Assembly: GCF_964188315.1 (NCBI RefSeq)
Contig: NC_135670.1
Coordinates: 1,178,001 to 1,242,000, forward strand
Reading direction: 5' to 3'
DNA length: 64,000 nt
Origin: Podarcis muralis
Lineage: Eukaryota
Below the pieces are notes generated by a model. It was not told where the DNA came from and did not search any database. It saw only the letters and a list, made by a program, of their open reading frames with translations. Of this stretch, positions 26,127 through 36,279 are shown in pieces. Every line of letters begins with the position of its first letter. Position 1 is the stretch's first letter. A program made the translations under genes and the position numbers.

Positions 26127-27046
26127 CCTACAATTATCTGATTCTAAGGAAACTTCAATACTACCAATACATTTCTGCTGTGAAAAAATCATACAGAATA
26201 TAGGCAAGAGCAAAATTTTTGTACTTAAATGTCCACCTCAGAAAACAATGTGACTATCTAGCCTTTGTAAAATAATTCACCTGGATAAGGAGCTTGGCCA
26301 GTAACTCACAAAACTATACCTGCAAGTTTCGCTTGCCTTTGATGTTTCCATCATATGGGAAACTTTGTAAAAATGTTTCATTTTGGCAGACATAGTGATC
26401 ACACATATGAAATAACATGAGTTTGGGGAGGTGTATGCCCCCTTTTAGATGAAAACAGAAGGGAGACTGCTTTATGTTGGGCAACTGCTTTAAAAAAAGG
26501 TTTTCACACAGTTCTACATATAAATATATTGCACAATGATTTTTATTTGAAAGACTCATTTTTCTTACAGACAAGAAAATTATGCTGAGTTAAACATGTT
26601 TTCTTTTTCATGTCTCAGAGAACCTAGAAGTCTGAGTAGTGATTATTTCCCCTCTAATTACCTGGTTAACTGTGATTACACTTTCTCCAATTCCCTGTTG
26701 ACCTGTAGTGGGCACTAGCAAAATTACAAAACAACAGTGAAATATAGGTTTGTATTATTTCCTGTGCCACTTAGAAGTAAGGCTAGAAGGAGACACAACT
26801 TCATCAATCTGTTTGCTGCAACTTCACACTGCATAATATTTGCTTGAATCAATTCCATACCAAGTGAGTTGAAATTAGGTCCCATGGAAATCAAGGCGAC
26901 AAACTAGGAATCATTTAAGTCCCTTTCAATTTAGTAGGCACTATATTCAATTAGGCATGATCAACTGAACATTTTCATGGAGAAAATGCAGTTCTGAATA
27001 ATTATCTGCAGTCATGGAGAAACTGCAGTTATGTAATTAACAAATT

Positions 27047-27158
27047 AACTATGATTAATTCTCCTTGTTTTCAAAGTTCCTGGGGAGTGCCCATGGCCAT
27101 GAGCAAAACAATCGGTTGGCACTGAATAAACCATCCATATCCCTTTGCACCATTCAGA
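27047..27158 (+). promoter_or_regulatory. Putative conserved V2R promoter boxes upstream of gene 3
   Basis: AACTATGATTAATTCTCC (27047-27064) and TGCACCATTCAGA (27146-27158). Extra AACTGTGATTACA at 26668. Confidence 0.55.
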
Positions 27159-27317
27159 AAAGAGAAAGAGACAGGCAGAAATCCATCATTCTGAGATGCA
27201 AATCATCACATCTGCTGAATAAGCAGCCATTTGAATCTAATTCCAGGATTCACAGCTCCTTGAACAGCAATGCTGGAATAGGTGAAATTCTTTCTAGAAA
27301 TCAGATTTTAATAGAAA

Positions 27318-30300
27318 ATGATGGTGTTAGTTGTGCTAATATTTGTGCTATTGCCTGAAGCAGTGTGCAAGCTTCCAAATGCTAAATGTAGTACCAGGGA
27401 CCCTCTTCCTATTCTCCACAAGTATTATCAGCCTGGAGATCTCAATATCGCTGGCATTTCTTCGCAAAACTTTGTGTTTTCAAGTCCAATGACATTTGAA
27501 AAACCTCCCTCTACTGAGCTCTTTGGTGATATCATGTAAGGAGTTTATAAAATGTACCTGTTCTGATAAAATTATTGCAAGCATAGCTTTGTGGATAAGC
27601 ATTTACATTCACCATAATCTTTTTTCGAATTGTCTGCTGTGGGGTAATCTATTTCCTTATCTGCTATAACTTGTTCTATATAATACAAGGTGCAATAACT
27701 GTCCTACTCAAGAATTGGGTCAGTCCTATATTTGCACTTCTGAACTAACTGCCTGGAACAGCCTATTAAATTGTAGGGGAATGATATTTTGAACTGTATT
27801 GTCTATTAGATATTCTGGATTGGATAACAATTTACAGGCAATTATTACCATCCTGGATTATCATCCTGGTACTTTCAGTATATCTTCTTTTGTTAAATAT
27901 ACGGTACCAGATAATTTCAAAAATTGGAATAGACCTGATTTAGGGAATAAAAAGCCTCCCAACTTGGCCTTCTTTAGCCTCTACCAAGTGCCATTAATAG
28001 ATGCATATTGAGAAGCGTAAAGGGGATAAAATGCCAGTGGATGCATGACCACAGTCAACTGACTCTTTCCTGTGTATGAGCTGTAATACATAGCTTGATG
28101 AAATGCCACATTGTATTGAAATGTGGCCCATATAATCTGCAGCAGATGCACCATTTTGTGGCATGTAACTCTCCTTACAGGGTACTGACCCAGCTCTACC
28201 AGCACATCGTGGCCTTGGCATTTGCTGTAAGGGAAATTAATTTAAATCCTCGACTCTTACCCAACATCACTCTGGGCTTCCAGATCTATAATAGCCAGTT
28301 CAGTGCAAGCGCAACCTATCAAGCTTCCATGGAACTTCTCTCGACTCAGGAAAGATTAATCCCAAACTACAAGTGTGACACCCGGAGCAACCCAGTAGCA
28401 GTCATCGGGGGACCTAATTCCAACGTCTGCCTCCATATGGCAACCATCTTGAGCAACTACAAGATGCCACAGGTAAGCTTTGCTCATGAGCAGGATAGAT
28501 GAGCAAACCATGGGGTGCTTCTCCTGCTTTATAGATGTGGTTTGGAGGTTAAAATGGATGTGGCTGAAATCACACTGGAAGCCTTGCAGGGAAACTTGAC
28601 TATGGGGAGAATGTCTACATTATCTCAGGTCCATTTGGCATAAAGAGGTTTGCTGCTCATGCAACAGGACTTCTTGTCTCTCTTGTCCTCTGTGTCGCCT
28701 TCAGCATGCCCCTTGGGTTGTGGCAAAAAAGGCCCTCACACAATCCACCTGAGTGTGCTTCAGAAATAGGAGGGGAGCCAACAGCCTTGCATCTAAGACA
28801 TGTTTGTGATCGGACCTGACACCTCTTGGAACATACACAGCTGTCTCACCAACGTATGGTGGGGGGAAGTGCTATTGTTTGTAGTGACCCAAAGATAAAT
28901 ACACTCAGCGCTGTCTGAAGACTGGGATTATTTTTTAATAATTTTTTAAGATAAAGGTACAGTGTATATAGGCTCTGAAATAGAAATCTCTATTTGGCAT
29001 TGATCAGTGCTACCATCAGGGACGCGGGTGGCACTGAGGGGTAAACCACAGAGCCTAGGAATTGCTGGGCAGAAGGTCGGCGGTTCGAATCCCCGCAACG
29101 AGGTGAGCTCCCGTTGTTCAGTCCCTGCTCCTGCCAACCTAGCAGTTCGTAAGCAAGTCAAAGTGCAAGTAGATCAATAGGTACCGCTCCGGCGGGAAGG
29201 TAAGTGGTGTTTCCATGCACTGCTCTGGTTCACCAGAAGCAACTTAGTCATGCTGGCCACATGACCCGGAAGCAGTACAAAGGCTCCCTCGGCCAATAAA
29301 GCGAGATGAGCGCCGCAACCCCAGAGGCAGTCACGACTGGACCTAATGGTCAGGGGTCCCTTTACCTTTACCTTTTAATGCTACCATCAGAGTTTAAGAT
29401 GAGGTTAGATTGGCAGAAGGTTCAAAAGAAAATGTTGATGCTTCTTAGGTGATATTTTGTGGGAAGCATTATGATTTGGTAGTACAGTGGCTGTATTGCC
29501 AGAGATACACACATCAACCTACAAGAACATGATAATATGAGAACGTACTCTTTTATTTTAATGTGTCTTCAGCTTGCATATGGTTCCGCACCAGTCCTGG
29601 ATATTGAAAACCAAGGTGCTTTCATCCAACAGATGTTTCCAAATGGGACTCACCAATATATGGGGATTCTCCAGCTACTTCTTCATTTCAGGTGGACATG
29701 GATTGGGGTGCTTTATCTGGATGATGACAACGGAGAGAGGTTTGTGCAGAAGGTGCTTCCCATCTTCTCCCAAAGAGGCATCTGCTTTGCCTTCGTAGAA
29801 AGTTTACCAAGACAAGGATCCTCCAGTGCTTTTGGTGAAGTTGTGGGCAAGGGGATCAACATGACTGTGGGAATCATGGCGAGCACTGCCAGTGTGGTGG
29901 TTGTGCATGGTGAAATTCAGACCATGCTTGTCCTGAGGACATTGTTCCAGTTTTGGGAATTCAGTCATGGCCTAAAGAATGCAAAACTCCTGATTATGAC
30001 AGCTCAAATGGATTTCACCTCATTTCATTTGCAAAGACAGTGGGATATAGACTTCATCCATGGTGCTCTGTCTTTTGCAGTTCACTCTAAAGGAGTGTTA
30101 GGATTCCATAAATTTATTCAGAACAGGAACCCCATTTCAGAAAAAGAAGACGAATTTCTTAGAGTATTCTGGGAACATACATTTACCTGTCTTCTCCCTG
30201 ACACCAAAGTAGACATGGCAAATGAGGGATTCTGCACAGGAAACGAGAAGCTAGACACTCTTCCAGCATCAGTTTTTGAAATGAGTGCAACTGCTCACAG

Positions 30301-31175
30301 TTACAACATCTACCTGGCTGTTTTTGCTATAGTTCATGCCCTGCAATCCATGGATTTGTCCAATTTCAAAAAGAAAGCAATTGCAGGAGGACAGAGAAAG
30401 AAGTTTCTCATCAAACTGCAATGGCAGGTAAAATGAAAAAAAAGAAATTGGTCCCTCTCTCTGCCAAGTCTGGGTTTGGGGCAGCTGCAAACTTGGTTTC
30501 TCACTAAGCCATTTTTCAACTTTATTTTCTGGTGTTTCTTGCTCACAGTAAACACATTAAACACTGGTTAGTTTGGAAATACAGTGGTACCTCAAGTCAC
30601 ATACGCTTCAGGTTACATAAGCTTCAGGCTACAGACTCCGCTAACCCAGAAATAGTGCTTCAGGTTCAGAACTTTGCTTCAGGATGAGAACAGAAATCGT
30701 GCTCCCGCGGCGCAGCAGCAGCGGGAGGCCCCATTAGCTAAAGTGGTGCTTCAGGTTAAGTACGGACCTCCAAAACGAATTAAATACTTAATCCGAGGTT
30801 CCCTTTTGAGGGTCATAAGCGCCCAATGAGCAAGCTGATCTTTGCAGCTTCATACTGTTTGGTGAATGTCACTGTGGCTAAAGTTTTTTTTCATGTTGGT
30901 GAACTCCACAATACGCAGTAAAAGCACATATTTCTAATAGTATAAGAAAGCAATCCCCCACACACCAAAACATGCTCAGTAGCCTCCAGAAGACAAGGAA
31001 CATGGTGGAACAAGGGGGTTTGCCCTGCTTGAGCCCATAGTACCATAGCGGAGAACTTCAGTGGCTTCCTGCTTGGAACATTGAACTGCCACATCCTGCA
31101 CTGATCATTTAAAGAGCCCACTGATCCTAGTTTGAAGTGTGTTGTGTGTTGTATTATTGCCTTGATTCTCTCTCA

Positions 31176-31214
<39 letters not shown>

Positions 31215-34200
31215 CTTTAGCTCCAACGTTTTCTCCGAAATGTTTCATTTAACAACAGTGCTGGGGAAAAGGTTTCATTTGACCAAAATGGGGCCTTACA
31301 ATCTGGATTTGATATTATAAATTGGGTCACATTCCCAAATCAATCTTTTCTTAGAGTCAGAGTTGGAAGCATAGACCCAGATGCTCCCCAAGCATTCACT
31401 ATTGATGAGGATGCCATTGTATGGCCTAATATCTCTTACCAGGTAAGGATGCACAAAACTTTTCAGATGGTTCCCATTATTTCCCCAAAGTTTAAAAAGC
31501 GGTTTATTCTTCAGAATTGGAACCAACTTTGCCTCTTTGAGAGCCAGTGTGGTGTAGTGGTTAAGAGTGGTGGACTCGTAATCCAGTGAACTGGGTTCAC
31601 GTCTCCGCTCCTCCACATGCAGCTGCTGGGTGACCTTGGGCTAGTCAGCCCCACTCACCTCACGGAGTGTTTGTTGTGGAGGAGAAAGGGAAAGGAGAAT
31701 GTTAGGCACTTTGAGAGTCCTTCGGGTAGTGATAAAGCGGGATATCAAATCCAAACTCCTCCTCCTCCTCCTCCTCTTCTTCTTCTTCTTTTTTTTTTTA
31801 AATAATTTTTTATTAATTTTCCAAACATGTAATAAAAACAAACAATAAAACAAAACAAAACATACAAACAAATAAACATATATAATTTCTTAAACTTATT
31901 TTCCTTCACCTTACTTCCCGGACTTCCCCATACCTCCCTTTTTCTGCATCCTTATATTTACCCTTTCTCAGCAACCCTCTATTTCATTAATTGACTCATT
32001 TTCGTTATAATTTCCTTAGACTTATGATTTACAGCTGCAATTCTCTGTTTCTTAACACCGTAACTCTCCTCTTCTTCTTCTTCTTCTTCTTCTTCTTCTT
32101 CTTCTTCTTCTTCTTCTTCTTCTTCTTCTTCTTCTTCTTCTCTTTCTCATGTCAGCTAGATGAGGCTCGTTTATCTTAAGCACAACCAAGGTGGAAGTTC
32201 AATCAGTCCTACTGCATAGAAAGTAACTCCTAAGACTCAAGCAGATTTATTATGCCATGCCAACATCAATCTCGTTCTCAGCTGTAGATTAAACTATATC
32301 ATACAAACTATCTAGACCTATTTTTTGAATGTTAAAATATTCTGTGCTTTCTTTTATGTACAGTTGCTTCCCATTTCTCTGTGCAATGACAATTGTCATC
32401 CAGGTTATAGAAAGGGCAAGAAGGAGGGGAAGCCATCTTGCTGCTATGATTGCCTTCCATGTCCAGAAGGAAAGATCTCCAACGAGAAGGGTAAGCATGA
32501 TAATGTATCAAGTTCTCCAAAGTATCGCATGTAGTCCACTGGATGCATACAAGGCTGACACTCATTTGTCTAATGATTCTAAAAAACGTTTGTAGTTCTG
32601 TTTTCCATGTATTTTCTTACAGATTTTTGGATTAGAACTCTAACAAAGCTCAAAAAAAAAGTGAATTCTGAAGGTTAACAGTGTTTTCAGTTCTTGTATT
32701 ATTTCAGGAAGAATAGGCAATTTTTATTGGAGATGCTAATATTGAACAGTTTGAAGTGAATGGATACATGAAAACAAAGAAATATAGCTCTGGAGAGCTT
32801 CATTTACACCCTTACTCCACAGAGTTTGAGAGCAAAGAAACCCAAAGGCAACTCCCTTCAAAATGGAGATTTGCAACCAAAAGCCTTTGTCATCTGATCT
32901 AATGTTAATCACTCACATGTTAGCTGCTAGAGAACAACAACCAGTTAATTATCAACTCAGTTAAAGCTCAGAGAGAGCTGTTCTTGCTGTTCTTAGGCTT
33001 CAATGGAATCTTCAAGTTAAGCCCTTTCACCAAAACAAACAGGCAGTCCCATTCCAGTGTGAATTAAACCAATTATACTTAACAAATCTATATTACAACC
33101 CAAACGGAATGATCCTTTCCTCCATAAATCATTTCAATTTGATGGTGATGGTTAAGAGAATGCAAACTGATATGTGTAATGTAGGCAGCCCTGAAGGCAG
33201 CCCTGTTCCGGGAACTTTTTAATGTGTGACATTTTAATGTATTTTTGATCTTTGCTGGAAGCCGCCCAGAGTGGCTGGGGAGCCCAGCTAGATAATAATA
33301 AATTAGTAGTAGTACAGCTGCATTTTATGCCACTTGACTAAAACAAAATAAATGTTTTGATATATACACCCAGACAAGATGGGAGCAGAGGCATTATTCC
33401 CATTTTATCGTGGACAAAAAGCAGCGGTGGTATTTCGCTGTGCCACTGAGCTCTTAGCGTTTGGGTGCAATATTTTGTATCATGTTTTGACCTATTTGCC
33501 TTCATTAGGTTTTTCCAATGTCAGAGCATGTACAACAAAATGAAACGTGTTTGAAAACTACATTTTCTTTTTTCAGACCTGGATGCCTGCTTCCAATGTC
33601 CAGATGGACAATATCCAAACAATGACCAGGATTCATGTATTCCAAAATATATAACCTTCTTGTCTTACGAGGAAACATTGGGCCTCGGTTTGGCTTTCCT
33701 TGCTCTTTCCTTGTCTTTCATCACAGCTTTGGTGCTGGGAATCTTCATTATGCACAGGGACACTCCCATCGTCAAAGCCAACAACCGGAGCCTCACCTAC
33801 ACTCTCCTCATCTCCCTCATGCTCTCCTTCCTTTGTGCTTTGCTCTTCATTGGCCAACCTGAGAAGGCAACCTGCCTCCTCCAACAACTTGCTTTTGGCT
33901 TCATATTTACCGTGGCTGTATCAAGTGTGCTGGCTAAAACCATCATTGTGGTCCTAGCTTTCCGGGCCACCAAGCCAGGGTCTAAAATGAGAAAATGGGT
34001 GGGGAAACACCTGGCCACCTCAATTGTTCTTTCCTGCTGCCTGATTCAAGCCATTATTTGTACTGTGGGGTTGTCAATCTCTCCTCCATTCCCATATTTG
34101 GACATGCACACAATGCGTGATGCAATTGTACTGCAATGTAGTGAAGGTTCACCTCTCATGTTCTACTCTGTGCTGGGCTTTTTGGGCTTCCTAGCCATTG

Positions 34201-34487
34201 TCAGCTTCAGTGTGGCTTTCCTCGCCAGGAAGTTGCCTGACAGTTTTAATGAAGCCAAGTTTATCACCTTCAGTATGCTTCTGTTTTGCAGTGTTTGGTT
34301 GTCCTTTGTTCCCACCTACCTGAGTACTAAGGGGAAGTACATGGTGGCTGTGGAGATCTTTTCAATCTTGTCCTCCAGTGCAGGCTTACTGGTTTGTATC
34401 TTTTTCCCAAAAAGCTATATAATTATGGTAAGGCCTGAGTTGAACAACAGGGAGCAGCTAATACAGAGGAAAAAATCATCATTGTAA
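27318..34487 (+). CDS. V2R gene 3: vomeronasal type-2 receptor, 6 exons, ~874 aa, intact
   Basis: Exons 27318-27535, 28181-28472, 29573-30427, 31221-31442 (222 nt, 2 codons shorter than paralogs), 32364-32490, 33577-34487. 2625 nt open frame. Confidence 0.95.
29019..29376 (+). mobile_element. Sauria SINE, full length
   Basis: GGGACGCGGGTGG head, (ACCTTT)n tail, TSD TGCTACCATCAG at 29008-29019 and 29379-29390. Confidence 0.92.
30582..30798. mobile_element. Tigger-like MITE, one TIR degraded
   Basis: TA|CAGTGGTACCTC start. Reverse-complement relative of 59291-59508. Confidence 0.75.
31159..31211. repeat. (CT)n microsatellite abutting the gene 3 exon-4 acceptor
   Basis: Direct reading. Confidence 0.95.
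31543..31789 (+). mobile_element. tRNA-derived SINE family A
   Basis: Same head and tail as 18191-18444. Confidence 0.88.
32066..32140. repeat. (CTT)n microsatellite
   Basis: Direct reading. Confidence 0.95.
33186..33305 (+). mobile_element. L2 3' end fragment
   Basis: CTGAAGGCAGCCCTGTT...GGAAGCCGCCCAGAGTGGCTGGGG matches the 24.5-kb L2 terminus. Confidence 0.75.
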
Positions 34488-35454
34488 TGTGGTACTCAAC
34501 CCAAATAACGTTATTCATCATTTAACCGCATTGTAAGCAATGGAAATTTAGTCATAGCTAAATATCCACCTTGTCATCTATGAAACTCACAATGCTATTC
34601 CAACCAAATATACTTATCTTCAGCTAAGTTGCACTACTATTGCAGCCCCAATCGTGAGAAGAAAATGAAAGAGAGAGACAAGAAAAAGAAAAAGAGGACA
34701 GAAGAAGGGAAAGAGATAGAAGCAGAAAGACGACAGGAAAGTAAGAAGAGAAATGATTGAGAAAAGAAAAGAAACAATTAAGGAGGGGAAAGGACTTAAT
34801 GATTTTCCATCTGTTGATTACAGAAAAAGCGGGGGAGGGGGATTAAGACATTTAGTCCAGATAACACCATATTATCTACTTTCTGTTAAATAATATTTCT
34901 TTTAAGTATCTCAAAGTCATTCATTTCTTTTCCCCATGAAAGCCCCACTTGTGATCACATATTGGAATAATATTCCATAATTCTTGTCCCGTGTCTTTAA
35001 GAAATGTGTGACTCTGCACGCTTTGTTGTTAGTTTACACCTTCCTTTAATAAAGGATTGGATCTGGCCATTCTCATGTCTTTGCTCAACCCCTCCTTTGG
35101 GCCTGCAGTTCAGGACAGCGTGCTTGGCGTGCCTTGTGTTCATCCACATTTGAGTGGAGAAAAATGATTGGTGGAAAAAGGTAATGTCTTGATTGGACTA
35201 GGGCAAGAAGGCTCACCAGATCTTTGGCTGGAGCTATCCAAACATCCGAGCTTAATTAGAAAACTGTAGCAGGCCTGGTGTTTTGATATCTCAGAATTGG
35301 GTCTGTCATAACGTAATTTTTACAACCACCAGAACAAGTCTAGTGTCATGAAAGAAAAGCAGGATTGTTCTCCCCCGCAAAAAAAGCTTTTAAACATTTT
35401 AAAAACATTTTTCTTAAGGGAAATAGTGATGGTGAGGTGAATGTTACTATATTC

Positions 35455-35458
<4 letters not shown>

Positions 35459-35510
<52 letters not shown>
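35459..35510. repeat. (AT)n microsatellite
   Basis: Direct reading. Confidence 0.95.
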
Positions 35511-35513
<3 letters not shown>

Positions 35514-36034
35514 CACCACAGGATTTAGTCACTAACATAATTTAATGGTTGGCCTATGTATCTATGGAATAAGTCTCCTTTTCTTGGGCCCTGAATACCA
35601 GAGAAAATGCAATGGTTCCTATTATCTGACGGCCCCATGGGCTGAGATTAGGAAATGAATACTTTTTAAGGTACCATTACCATTTGGTGCCAGATTATTC
35701 TGTGAACCGCCCTGATATTCTGTGAACAGCTCTGAGACCCCCAGGTATAGGGTGGTATGTAAATTCAATAAAATCATCATCACTACCATCATCCTGAATT
35801 AGTGATAGGATTGTTTCTGGAATCTGACCACAATTGTGGCATTTCATAGGGCTGAAAGGCCAACACAACTTTGTGTTAGTCTTTGTTTCTTGGTGCCTCT
35901 CTTTTTTGGTGGCCTTGTAGATGCTTTGGAGCTTATTGTTGCCACACCAGGGAGGGCTGTGAAGCCTACTGAGTTCTGCTGATATGTCGGGGGGGGGGGG
36001 GATATTCTTCTGCACCTGCACAGTAAATGCTAAA

Positions 36035-36077
36035 CATGTGATTAACTCCCCAGTAATTATCAAATCAACTGTGATTA
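36035..36077 (+). promoter_or_regulatory. Putative conserved promoter box upstream of gene 4
   Basis: AACTGTGATTA at 36067 (-261 from ancestral start position 36328), plus CATGTGATTAACTCCCC at 36035. Confidence 0.45.
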
Positions 36078-36279
36078 CAACCGCTTCTGCAAATATCATG
36101 GGAAATTCTATTGGCCACTGGCAAAATAGTAAATTCTGACTCAAACTAGATATTAACATCCGCTGTGCCATCAATCTGAGCGCTAATAAACTGCACTCTT
36201 GAAAGTCCCGGCTTTTGAGCTCGGCTGACTGAGTGATTATTCTGCTCAGATGATGAAACGAGCAGGCACTCAAATGCTA

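Larger units (their letters stand above)
25415..26145 (+). mobile_element. tRNA-Ile-headed SINE with CR1-like tail, interrupted by the solo LTR
   Basis: TAGTTCAGTTGGTTAGAGTGTGGTGCTGATAA...GGTTCGATC resembles tRNA-Ile(AAT). The tail CCCAACCCTAC|...|AATTATCTGATTC is split at 25526-26126. Confidence 0.65.
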
